A stretch of DNA of 64,000 bases from Marsupella aquatica (lineage: Eukaryota > Plantae > Marchantiophyta), in the NCBI GenBank assembly GCA_973895155.1, contig OZ316893.1:7712963-7776962 (forward strand), in the 5' to 3' direction. Below are positions 52,585 through 63,516 of this stretch, piece after piece. The first letter of the stretch is position 1; every line of letters starts with the position of its first letter. The notes beneath the pieces were generated by a model that worked only from the letters and a program-made list of their open reading frames with translations, was not told where the DNA came from and did not search any database. Position numbers and translations under genes: made by a program.

Positions 52585-53068
52585 TGTGGTGCGTCCCATG
52601 GCTCCCTAAACCCAAGAAACCCCCCAGCTCAAGCCGATTCCCGCAGGTTTCGTGCTTGGCGAGGCCGTTTCCGCGGCTTAGCGGCATGGGACGCTGCTAA
52701 CCTTCTACTACTACTATTAACATTTTACACACATATACTGGACAGATCCTTCATCGGGTCATGAGATACGTAGTCGGCCTAATCTAGGTCTTCCCCTGTC
52801 TTCCCCTCCGTCTTGTTAGGTATGTTTGGATTCCGCCGCCGGAATGATCCCCAATAGGCTTGGTTAAGCCGCTAAGACCTCTCTCAGCTCGACACATCCA
52901 ACTCTCACTCCCCTGCTTACTTTCCTTCCTTCTGTTGATGTGGGCACTCTTCACACAAGTTAATGCGACACACAAATAGCAAAATGACTCATTCTGACTG
53001 AGTCATACCATGCACTTGCCATACAAACAGTACATCTCATACACAAGTTCTGCGAACTAAGCCGTGAG
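52585..53068 (-). repeat. 3' LTR (minimum extent; the other boundary lies beyond 53068 and is not determined)
   Basis: Begins TGTGGTGCGTCCC on + (ends ...CCACA on -); matches 63517-64000 with no difference seen by eye. Confidence 0.95.
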
Positions 53069-53495
53069 GCCAACTCTATTCAGCTCTTAGGCATGAGGAA
53101 ACATGAATATACACAAGGGTCACTGTATGACTAACCGAGAGCTTCTCGTACTACTTGATCCCAGCCCGGCTGGTGCAAACTAAAAACTTGCTAAAGAAGA
53201 GGCCCTGAGCTCCCCGCTGCCCAGGTACTTATCCTGGTAGTGGATCCGCCATTCTTTGCATCGTAAGCCTAATCTACTTAACAGTAATCTACTTGCCCGA
53301 ATCTACCTATGTACAGCAAGGCAGGAGCACAAGTGTTGCTCCTACCAGTGGGACCGCAATCCCACTAAGCTAAGTGTCAGGGCCGCTCCTGGTTCTGATC
53401 CTAATCCTAAACGTGGAGATCCGCGCCCGCCCTGCCCACTCACGCCTCCTCCCTCCACGTCCGCCCTCCCTAAAAGGAACGGCGCCCTTGCACCG

Positions 53496-56400
53496 TCACG
53501 ACACCGGTGGTGGATCCTTAATGGACGCCCCCAACGCTTCCTCCTCAGCCACTGCCGTAGGTTCATTCTCTGACAGATTACCTGCCCTTGACTGAGTCAA
53601 CTCTCCATCGGCCTGACTGGGTCCACCCCCGGCAATGGCATCGGCTTCAACATCAGCCTCAGCTACAGCCTCAGCATCGGCCACGGCCTCGGCAATACCC
53701 ACGGTCCACCTTCGGCTTCAGCCTCGACACCGGCCTCGGCAATACCCACGGCTTCGGCCTTAGCCACTCCCTCGGCTTCGGCCTCCCCTTCCCCTAGGGT
53801 AGTTGGATCCCTAGCCGTGACCCTGTCTGGGGTCGGTGCTGGGTCTACCTCCTTGATCACCACGGCCTGTGAAGTCGTATTACTCCTTGACCCTGAAGGT
53901 TTCCGCTTCTTCTTCGTTGGTGGCTCGGCAGCTGGTCCCTTCCCCTTCCCACTTACTTCCGGCACTGGTGCAGGTGGCGCGGCTTGTCCTTCGGCAATTA
54001 CCACCCCTGGTAACTAGTTTGTCCCAACGGGAGATGGACCTGCTGCAGCTAAGCATTTAAATACTGCGGCTTGTTTCTTCAGCCGCTCTGTTTGGTTGTC
54101 GGCCCGCCGCTGTAGGTTCTCCATCTTCCTCGTGATTTCCTCCAACTCCTCTTGGGTTTCATCCAGGTCCTTACGTGCCCCCTCCAGCTCGTTTTTGGCC
54201 TCCTCCTGCTCCCTGTGGGATTCCTCCAATTCCTTCTTCAAGGTAGCCCTCTCCTCCTGGGTTGCTCTTAGCTCCTTGTCGAGCTCTGCAATGATGACAG
54301 ACTCCATCTGGTTCATCTTGGCGTAAGTCTGTTCGAGCATCTCATCCTTCTCCCTTAGGTCGGCCTTGAAGCTGGCCGTCAGGGACGCAAGCTCCTGCTG
54401 CAGCGCCATAATCCCTTGATAGGATTTCCCTAACTCGACCTCCTTCTACTCAAGGGCTCCGCGGATTTTCTCGAGCTCCCCTTTCAACGCCCATTCCTTT
54501 CTTTGGGTCTCCGCCATGGCCCGGCTGTTGGCTGTTATGTGGGCCTCCTCTGTATTCTTCAGCTCTTGCTTCCACTTCTCCCTCTCTTTGATCGTGTCGG
54601 CCAACTCTCCCTGCGTCTGAGTTAGTTTATCCTTGATATTCTGATTATCAGCCTGCGCGGTGTCCAACTGCCCCTGCATGATGTTCAGCTCATGTCGTTT
54701 AATCCGCAGTTCATCTTGGGCTTTCTTGGCCGCCCCTAGATCTTCAATCTCGGCTTCCATCCTCCTAAGCCGCCGAATGACCTCGTCCTTCTTGCTTCTC
54801 TCTAAAGCCACCGCTTCTTCTAATTGGTGCTTCTCCAACTGCTCCCTATGGAAAAAGGGTCCTACCTCCAACTCCTCTCCAAAGATGCCGAGCGCAAGTT
54901 CCCCACACATCTCACCATACTCCATGGCTCTATTCTTAGCGTAGGTGGAGTAAGTAGAAGTGATCGGCATCGCCCATCGTGGCCTCTGCTCCCAAGCCGT
55001 CCTGCGGATCTCTTCAATCATGGCTAGAGGTTTGCTTCCTTTTTCGGCTAGCCGCCTGATGTCCTCCGGCCAATCTCCTCCTGGTAAATCCTTTTCCTTA
55101 GCCAGGGCGGCCTCCTCCTCCTGCTTGATTCGCTCCTGAAATTCCTGCACCGTCTGTTTTATGCCGTCGAAGCTCGGGGGAGCAACATCTGGTGGGGGAG
55201 ACTCAGGGCTACTCTGCTGGTTGGGGTCCCCTCGCACTACCCTTGGAAGTGTGGGGACAAACCGGCCACAGGTCCTTACTCCTGGAACGTGATGGTCCGA
55301 CCCATAGCCGGAATTATCATGGCTGCAGTCCTCCACTGCCTCCTCTACCTCTTGGACGTCCGGCTTCTCCCTCTCCTCTTCGTCGGTAGGAGCTTCAGGC
55401 AATTCTGCCTCAGATTCGGAGCTTGAGGTTCCCACGTACATTCGAACACCTGGCTTGGATTCCGGCCTGATTCTCTCCTTGTCTCCAGCAAAGGGGTTTT
55501 CTCTTGTGAGCCGGTGTAGGCCTACCTCTGTAGTAGTGTCCTGCATTGTTGCCGTTGCCGTTGTTGTTGCCGATGCCGATTTCTTTTCTTTCTCCAGTAG
55601 TTTCAGCAGACTCTGCATGCCTGGTTGTTGCATCGGCAAGTCTTCCTTCCTGGGCCTAAACACCTGCTCGATCGTAGGACTAACAGGTGGTTGAGGCTTC
55701 TCAGCCAACGGCCTCGGCGTTGGAGCTTCCTCGGGTGCCCTTACCTGCAGGGGAAGTACCGGGGCAAAAGTCTGACCTCTGGCATACCGGCACAACAGCG
55801 GCATGTGATAGCCAAGCCGCGACACGCTCCCCATGCTGATTACCTGCTGCTCCTCCTTTAAGATCTTCTTCAATTGGTTGAGGAGGTACCCGTTGTAGTC
55901 CCGGCTTGGGTCTGGCCTTTCTGCCAGATAGACCTGTGCCTTGCCGATCTCTGCCCTCGGCAAGTTACAATGCATGGTCACCCGCAAGAAGTCGATCATC
56001 TCTCCTATGTGCGGGTTGGTGCAGGTGTTCCGGAAGAAGCCATTCTTAGTTGATGGCCCGGGGAACGACCGGAACTCCTTGTCAGGCAAGGTCTTCCTGG
56101 TATCAACTTTGGTCTTATTGCCTATCGGCAAGCCAAACACTTCGGCAATTACCTTGGGAGTAAGATAGAAATCCTTCCCATATATCCTCGTGCAATTGGT
56201 CTCGGGTTCCCATGACCCCACGAATTCTAATAGGTCTGACTCCGGTACCTCCGGCTTCAGCCATGGTAATCTTACAAAGGCCTCTAAGCCGGATCCGGCC
56301 ATGAAGCCTTGGTACTTCTTGGTCTGCATGGCCGTAAAGCATGCATCCTCCTCCCGTGCAAAATGTAGTTGCACCTCCACCGGTAGGGTTGCCGCCCAGC

Positions 56401-57178
56401 CCTTCCAGGTGTCATCCCTGGTTGGAATGGCCTTGATGGGATCGACCTCCTCCTCTTCGGCTTCTCCCTGCCTCCTGCTCTGCTGCTCGGCTGGCCTCTT
56501 TGGTGCCGCCGACCTCGTTCTTTTTGCCGGGGTGGCTTCATCGTTGACGGCCCCCTTCCTCTTCATCTCTGCTGCCGTGGAGGTTTCTCCTAGCACCGTT
56601 GCCTGGGTCCACCTTTCCGTGCTACCCTTTAATTCCCAGTGTATGTCGTTGCAATTCTTGATGGCCTCTCGGATGCCGACAACGCTGTCTTTGCAAAACA
56701 GAAGATCGTCGAGTTGATTGGAAGTAGGCGTCCACAGGAACTCGTCCTTGATGAGTTCGCCTCCTAAGAAAGCCGTCTTCTGCAGCTCCCACAATCGAGC
56801 GAGCTCCTGCCGTTCTCGAGCTGCCCTTTCTGACTCCTCGTCCTCGTAAGTCTTGATGTACTCAGTTGCCCGTTCGAACAGGCATCCCCAGAAATGTGCC
56901 GCTTGATTGACGTTGCTCATACCCTCCTTAGGTCGATCGTCGGTATCTATTCTCTCCCCGAGTGCTTGCCTAAGCAGCTGACAGTAGTTGGCCTCCCGTA
57001 GTTGTCTGCCTAGTTCGTGCTCGCAAATGAGCCACCATCTCCTGCAAGCGCTCCTTACCCCTCTCCTCTGCCGGTCCTTCTTCCCGTTGATCCTTCCTAG
57101 CCGCCGACGCTTAACGCGCCCTAACCCTAATCGGGTTTTCACCCTCAGCCTTACCTCCGGCCTTTGCCCGGGTTCCAT
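53496..57178 (-). pseudogene. Retrotransposon extra ORF: PMD/Transposase_32-like domain, acidic/Pro linker, long coiled coil, Ala/Glu repeats; disrupted
   Basis: 910-aa ORF 54446-57178 continues in frame past TAG 54446-54448 (GALE*KEVELGK) and TAG 54014-54016 (VGTN*LPGVV), then frameshifts near 53700. Motif DLLEFVGSWEPETNCTRIYGKDFYLTPKVIAEVFGLPIG. Confidence 0.75.
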
Positions 57179-57281
57179 GGTTGCCCCTAATTGTTTATAT
57201 TTTCCTTGTTTTGTCCCTATACTAAGGTGTTCCTAGGGTGCCTTCCTGCTTTACCCACTTAACCGGCCGAGTGATTCCTGT

Positions 57282-60200
57282 CTAGGCATCACATAGCTCC
57301 CCACTTAATTGTGAAGCGTCCTCGCGAACAACTTCATCTTCGTCCATATAGTATTTCTTGAGGCGGTCATAATGGATGCGAACTGGATATACCTCTCCCG
57401 TAATGTTGGCCAATTGTACGGAGCCATTGGGGAACATCATGGTTACTCTAAAGGGTCCTAACCAGCGAGTGTAAAGCTTTCCTGGAAACCTACTATACCT
57501 ACTGTCATAAAGTAGCACAAGATCACCGGTATAATACTAACTACTTTTAACCTTTTATCATACTGCTGCTTCATGATATTCTGTCTATATTCTACTCTCT
57601 CGGCTGAAATCATTCTCGCTTCCTCTAAAGCTTCTAACCTATATTCTCGCTCCTTTAGGCTCTCCTCCGCTGAGGCTCTTTCCTCAATTGTAACTTGAAA
57701 TGTCGGTATCTCAAGTTGCATGGGTACCAGGGCTTCTTGTCCAAAGGTTAAGAAGAAGGGTGTATGACCGGTAGTGGATTTATAGGCAAGATTGTAAGCA
57801 AAAACAACAGCAAACAATTTATCATCCCAATCGAGTTTGTTCTGAGCTACTGTCTTGTTCAATATCTTTCCTATGATTCCGTTTGCTCGTTCTGTCAACC
57901 CGTTTGCCTTTGGATGGTAGGGAGTAGTAGGCCTATGTTTAACTAAATACTGCTCATTTAAACGACTAATTATATCATTCAAAAAATGGGTTCCTCTATC
58001 ACTAACTAATTCTAGGGGTGCTCCATACCTGGTGAAGATCTGCTCATACATGAATCTAGCCGTAGTAATTGCATCATCCTTCGTTGTTGGTCTGGCCTCT
58101 ACCCATTTAGTTGCATAATCCGTAGCCAGGATTATGTACTTGTTCCATCGAGGGTGGGTCAGTGGTTTCAGAGGTCCAATGTAATCAATACCCCACTTCT
58201 CGAATGGTGCCAGAGGTAGAATAGGGTGCAGTGGATGCCTGGTGGACGCCCTTGGTCCTCCCGCTCGTTGACAAGGATCGCATTGTTTGATAAACTGATA
58301 GACATCTTTGTGCAAGGTGGGCCACCAGTAACCGGCATTTAATATCTTCTTAGACGTGGTTACTGGGGCAAAATGTCCTCCGGCCTCCTCTCCATGCATG
58401 GCCCGTAGGACTCGTTTTACCTCTCTCTTTTCCAAACATCTTTGAATCGTGCCGTTGATTCCATGCTTGTGCAGTATGCCTTTAATGCACTGATACTGTG
58501 TGACCTTCCGCACAAAGACTGCGGCTTGCTCTCGGCTTAATCCTGGCTGTAATCTGGAAGTGCTGAGAAATTGTAAAATCTCAGGGTACCATGTACCAGC
58601 TATTTCCACAACGAATAGCTCCTCGTCGGGGAATCGATCATCGATGCAATCCGTGGCAGGTTTACCTGTGATCCTTGAAAAGAAGTCGGCATTGGCATGT
58701 AACTTTCCCGGCTTGATCCTCAGCTCATAGTCAAACTCCTGTAATAGCAAAATCCATCTTGCTACTCTGCCTGTAAGGTCCGGCTTATTGACTAGGTACT
58801 TCAAACTTTCATGATCAGTATGAAAGATTACCTTGTACCCTAGTAAATAATGCCTAAACTTTTTACAAGAATAAATGACTCCTAATGCTTCTCTTTCCGT
58901 GGTAGAGTAGTTCCGTTCGGCATCGGCAAGCTGACGGCTTGCGAAGTATATGGGATGGTCCCTTCCTTTCTCATCCAACTGACTTAGTACTGAGCCAATA
59001 CAGAAGCCCGAGACATCTACAAAAACATGAAAATCTTTGTTCCAGTCCGGTGCTATCATGACTGGGGCCTCTACTAACATCTGCTTCAATTCTACCACCG
59101 CTGTGACTCGTTCGGGTGTGGGTTCGAAGTCTGCTCCTGCCTTGAGCATATTGGTTAATGGTAAAGCCAACTTGGCAAAATCCTTGATGAACCGGCGATA
59201 GTAACCAATGCATCCCAAGAAGGATCTTACATCCTTTATGTTCTTAGGTTGCATGATATCTAGCCATACTGCTAGCTTACCTTTGTCAATCTCAATGCCC
59301 TTCCTTGATACCTTGTGACCTAGTAGCACCCCCTCGGTTACTGCAAAAAAACATTTATCTGGGTGTAACTTGAGACCCACCTCTCTACATCTCATGAAGG
59401 TTTTCCTGAGGTATTTAGCATGTTTCGATGCCTTCCCGAATACTGCAAAGTCATCAATGAAGATTTCCATGAACTTTCTCAAGTAATCATGAAAAATGTT
59501 CACCATTAATCGTTGGAACATAGCTGGTGCGTTGCAGAGTCCAAACGGCATACGATTGAAGACATAGATCCCCCATTCCGTGATGAAGGCCGTCTTGATT
59601 TGGTCTTCCTGCCGAATCCTGATTTGGTTATAACCAGAGTATCCATCCATGAATGAATATAGTTCATGACTGGCTACCATGTCTAGTACCATATCAGTAA
59701 ACGGTAAAGGAAAATGGTCTTTTAATGTTGCTTCATTCAGCTTCCTGTAATCCTGACAAACCCGGATCTTGGGTTTACCATCGGGTCCAGCTTTCTTGGG
59801 AACTATCACAATTGGAGATACCCAGTCTGAATGCAGGACTGGAGTGATGAATCCAGCTTCCACTAGTTTGTCGATTTCTGTTTTGACCAGCAGGGAATAC
59901 TTCGGGTTCATCCTTCGAATTGGTTGTCGAAATGATTTGGCTCCTAACATGAGATCAATTCGATGTTCCCCTAGTGTTGGATCTACTCCCTTTAGATCTT
60001 GGTGACTCCATGCAAACACATCCTGAAATTCAATCAATAAGTCACTGATCTCTTTCTCGAGCTCAGGTGCTAGGTTTCTCCCTAAGTTCAGTTCTCTTCC
60101 CTCTCCTAAGTCGAGCTTCCGATATTGCCGTGCTTGGATCATATTAATCTGCTTCTTCAAATTCGGGTCCAGTTCGGCTTCCAGTCTCTCTAATCTCATA

Positions 60201-60547
60201 CCTCCATAAACTGGGATCTCGGCTGGACTAGCCGAGTCGGTCCCTTCCTTGATGTCCATAGATTGTCCCCTTACCGGTCTATTCGGTTTTGAATTAGTGG
60301 TCGGCTCCCCTTCCTGCCTTGGCTCTGGATCGTGTCTGTCGATCTCATCCACTTCTTGCTCCTGAGAGTTAGGCCGCTGTGCTCTCTCGGCTTCTAATAG
60401 GGCCTCAATTTGTTCTGCCCTCGTAATCGGCTTGTATGCCGATCCCTTGGTATTTAATTCCTTGCCGATGATCGATGGCATTGTGGACCCCGTCGGCTCT
60501 GCCACAACGCCTGCAGAAAATCCACTGTCCCTGCTACTGCTCCCCAC
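57282..60547 (-). CDS. pol: Pol: reverse transcriptase, RNase H, integrase (frameshift near 57530 before the GPF module)
   Basis: RT VSPIVIVPKK..RVCQDYRKLN..MPFGLCNAP..FIDDF; RH FVDVSG..NYSTTEREALG; INT HHCC and WGIDYIGP / SDRGTHF / GLTERANG. The tail GDLVLLYDSR..KLYTRWLGPF is in another frame (57282-57518). Confidence 0.93.
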
Positions 60548-61473
60548 TTAGCCGTTTCATCCAATTGGTCTACATCCTTTACTTCCTCCGGAATTGCAGC
60601 TAAAAAGGTGGATTCTATTGTAAAGCAGTCCTCGACCTCTTCGTCTTCTTCTTCCAAGTCACCTTCCATTGGTTCTTGCCATAATCCGCTGGGGGGTACC
60701 TCTGGTCCAAAGACACCTTCTTCGGTTAGGTTAGTGAGGCATTCTAACCAACGTACTTCATCGGCTGACTCCAGTCCACTGTCGTACCCATCTACTTCCC
60801 TTATGCTTTTCCTACGGTCATCCTTAGTGTCCCAGGATACCGTGATAGAGGGGGTCCCGAAAGTGAACTGCTTTTTACCCCAATCTTCTATTACCTCGGC
60901 TAGGTACAGCCATGGCCTACCAATCAATAGCCGGAATGACGTAGGATTTACCGGCTTCATTACTACATAGTTAATGCTAAAGAAGATACCTCCTATCTCT
61001 GTCTTGATGCCGGTTAACACTCCCGTCGGAATGACCTGATATCCATTGGCCATGTTCAACACTCTTCCAGTCATTTCTGGTGTTAGACCCCACCCTTTTG
61101 CTGTTGAATCAATCATAATACATACCCCTGATCCTCCATCGATGGGTACCCGTAATAATAATTCTCCTTGAATCATTAATGGTAATGCTGGGGCTCCTTG
61201 ATCTTCTTCTATCATTAGTACGTCGGATCTGGTTGCTACCTTGGGTAATCTCGGCTTGCCGAGAATAGCCTTCCTTAATTGCTTCCGGAAGTACGGGCTA
61301 TTTTTCAATAGTTGACCTACTGTTGCCGAGACTCTAGATTCTAGTACATCTTTAGCCAGGTCATAGGGAACAATCGGCTTCTCTTCTGGTGGTGTTTCCG
61401 TCTTGGATTCGGCCAGTTTTGCCACGCTAGTCTCCACAGCTGTTGGGTCTTCCGAAGCAAACAATGCTTTTGC
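60454..61473 (-). CDS. Aspartic protease region, in frame with gag across a TGA
   Basis: Active-site PIDGGSGVCIM and LLIGRPWL; frame continuous with gag (DVK*AKALFASE). Confidence 0.85.
   Translation of the reverse strand, partial: AKALFASEDPTAVETSVAKLAESKTETPPEEKPIVPYDLAKDVLESRVSATVGQLLKNSPYFRKQLRKAILGKPRLPKVATRSDVLMIEEDQGAPALPLMIQGELLLRVPIDGGSGVCIMIDSTAKGWGLTPEMTGRVLNMANGYQVIPTGVLTGIKTEIGGIFFSINYVVMKPVNPTSFRLLIGRPWLYLAEVIEDWGKKQFTFGTPSITVSWDTKDDRRKSIREVDGYDSGLESADEVRWLECLTNLTEEGVFGPEVPPSGLWQEPMEGDLEEEDEEVEDCFTIESTFLAAIPEEVKDVDQLDETAKWGAVAGTVDFLQALWQSRRGPQCHRSSARN
60464..60523 (-). promoter_or_regulatory. Candidate -1 programmed ribosomal frameshift signal (G GAU UUU + H-type pseudoknot)
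   Basis: Minus strand reads GGATTTT CTGCA GGCGTTGTGG CAGAGCCGACGGGGT CCACAATGCC ATCGATCA TCGGC. The heptamer is in the protease frame and a -1 shift enters the pol frame. Confidence 0.75.
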
Positions 61474-63447
61474 TCATTTTACATCCTTGGCAATGGCTTC
61501 GGTATTCTCCAGGGTTTCTAATTCTCTTAGTTGTTCCTTAACACTAGCCGTAACAGAGGGGTAGAACAACTTAGGATGATCTCGATTGAAGTCGCTATCT
61601 TGTGAAGGATTGGTTTCACTGGTGGGCTCATGGCTTACCTGTATTGCCGGAGCCCTCCCTTCTCCTTCTGTTGATGTTGACAAAGAGTCGATCCTTTCCT
61701 CCGTAACCTTCCCTTTATTTTTGGCCAGCCCATCCCACCTTTCCTTCCTTCTGGTAGATCGAGTAGAGACCCGGTAGCAATCATGATCTAAATCCTCCTC
61801 TGAGAAGGTTGATAGGGCTTCGGCCTCATCATCAGATGGTACGAACTCTGCCTCGGCATCCTCTTGCCATCCTAGTTCGATGTGGTTGATTTGAACTCCT
61901 CCGGGGGTAGTACCTGGCGGTAAGATCTTGATCGGCAAAAGCTTATGATTTGCGGCCAGGCCTGCCAACCAAGTAGGACATTGCCCTAGCATATGACCTT
62001 CCTGTCGGCATCCCATACATAGCTGAGCTGGTTGTCCATCACCCTGTTTGCGTGCATTCGGGCATTCTCTAGCAAAATGGCCAGGTTGACCACAATTATA
62101 GCACGCCGCAAATCTTTGCACATTCGGCCTAGGAGGTACTGACGGGTTCTGAATAATCCGAGGATACATCTCTCCTGGATTGTTCCTTAACCCTGACCAC
62201 AGAGATGCAGGTCTGTTGGATAGGTCTCGTGCTCCAGTCTCACTGATGCCAAAAACACTATCAGCGGCATCTCCCAAAAAGTACTCTACTTCTCCCTGAC
62301 ATGGTCTGATCTCGGCCACATGCCGAACATGATTAGTATTAAGCTTAGGACACGCATCTTTATGGTGTCCGGTTTTATAACATAAGGCACACCATACAGA
62401 GCTATCCTCCTGTACTACCTTCTTCTTTGGTTTTACCTCTGCAATGATAGCCTTAAGTTGCTCGGTAAGGGCTACGATGTTATCTGGTGGCTTAGCCTCC
62501 ATCTTGACTTTCGTCTTCCCTCTCCTTCTGCCCTTCCTTTTCCTAGTTTTTTCTTCTTCAGAACTAGAAGATGACTCACTCTTGCTACTCCCACTATCCG
62601 AGCTTGACTTATCACTTCTAGACTTCTTGGGATGTTTCTTCTTCTTATCTTTTTTCTTATGGGGTGATCCCTCCTTTGATGAGGAACTCTCAGACTTAAG
62701 CTGTTTCTTCCGGCTTGTGATATCTGCATTAATGTATAATTGAATATCCTTAATTGCTTCGGCTAAAGTCTCCGGGTTCTCCTTCCTAATTGCAAAACTC
62801 ATCTTCTGTGGCAAAGCATTCACCAACCATTGAAGTTGCATACCTTCAGATGCATTGGTCTTTGTACGTCTTACCAGTTTCTGAAAGCGTTGCAAGAACT
62901 TCCTGAAGGATTTGTTCTCCTTGAACCGAAGTTGTCCCAACTTCAGCACTGCTAGTTCTGAAGTTCCAATGGGTCGAAACTCCTTAACAAAGAGTGTTTT
63001 GAAGATATCCCAAATGGCTTGATCTTCCACATCTAATGCTCTGTACCAAGGCCTAGCCTCACCCTTGAACAGGCCGGGAAGAATCTGCATCTTGATGGCC
63101 GATTCTCCATTTGCTGCAGCGGTTCCCTCGAAATCATCCAACCATTCGTCCGGATCCTCATCTCCTCTCCCATGAAATGCCTTGTAATGTATGCGCGACC
63201 GCTGGCTCAATCTGGTCCCTGGCCTCTCGTCTGGCCGTGCCTCTGGTTCCCCCATGTCGGTTGGAGACTCACTTCTCCTTACCGACTCTTCTTCTGGTAT
63301 GTCTTCTTCGACGCCACTTCCAGTTTCGGAGCTACTAGCTCTTTCTGCCCCTCTCAGTCGCTGTGTATCATGCCACCCGGCGAGCTGCTGCAGTCGAGCT
63401 CTCTCCTGTTGAATCACTCTTTCTTCCCTCGGTGTAAGGTCAGTCAT
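61474..63447 (-). CDS. gag: Gag with retrotransposon capsid-like domain and three CCHC zinc knuckles
   Basis: FHGRGDEDPDEWLDDFE...KGEARPWY; knuckles CALCYKTGHHKDAC, CYNCGQPGHFAREC and CMGCRQEGHMLGQC. Confidence 0.92.
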   Translation of the reverse strand: MTDLTPREERVIQQERARLQQLAGWHDTQRLRGAERASSSETGSGVEEDIPEEESVRRSESPTDMGEPEARPDERPGTRLSQRSRIHYKAFHGRGDEDPDEWLDDFEGTAAANGESAIKMQILPGLFKGEARPWYRALDVEDQAIWDIFKTLFVKEFRPIGTSELAVLKLGQLRFKENKSFRKFLQRFQKLVRRTKTNASEGMQLQWLVNALPQKMSFAIRKENPETLAEAIKDIQLYINADITSRKKQLKSESSSSKEGSPHKKKDKKKKHPKKSRSDKSSSDSGSSKSESSSSSEEEKTRKRKGRRRGKTKVKMEAKPPDNIVALTEQLKAIIAEVKPKKKVVQEDSSVWCALCYKTGHHKDACPKLNTNHVRHVAEIRPCQGEVEYFLGDAADSVFGISETGARDLSNRPASLWSGLRNNPGEMYPRIIQNPSVPPRPNVQRFAACYNCGQPGHFARECPNARKQGDGQPAQLCMGCRQEGHMLGQCPTWLAGLAANHKLLPIKILPPGTTPGGVQINHIELGWQEDAEAEFVPSDDEAEALSTFSEEDLDHDCYRVSTRSTRRKERWDGLAKNKGKVTEERIDSLSTSTEGEGRAPAIQVSHEPTSETNPSQDSDFNRDHPKLFYPSVTASVKEQLRELETLENTEAIAKDVK

Positions 63448-63493
63448 TACCTACGCTTCCGTTCTAACTTCATATCTCACGGCTTAAGAAATG

Positions 63494-63512
63494 CCCCCTC
63501 CATCTAGCGCCA
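63494..63512 (-). other. Primer-binding site TGGCGCTAGATGGAGGGGG
   Basis: Starts with TGG 4 nt downstream of the 5' LTR end on the minus strand; the priming tRNA is not assigned. Confidence 0.75.
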
Positions 63513-63516
63513 AAAA

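Noticed and set aside
52570-52975. Short ORFs in the LTR, duplicated at 63716-63907
   Set aside because: Duplication reflects LTR identity; no coding signal.
53069-53340. Polypurine tract and outer boundary of the 3' LTR
   Set aside because: No convincing PPT/TG junction found by eye, and the partner LTR is cut off by the window end.
17205-54448. Alternative genetic code (TAA/TAG = Gln) or U-to-C editing to explain the in-frame stops
   Set aside because: The Gln-rich 877-aa SGS3 and the CUL1 exons examined contain no in-frame TAA/TAG; stops are concentrated in TE genes and fit C-to-T decay.
61471-61479. Programmed stop-codon readthrough between gag and protease
   Set aside because: Context AAA TGA GCA does not match known leaky contexts (CARYYA, or CUA/CGG after UGA); a CGA>TGA mutation is simpler. 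Family alignment would settle it.
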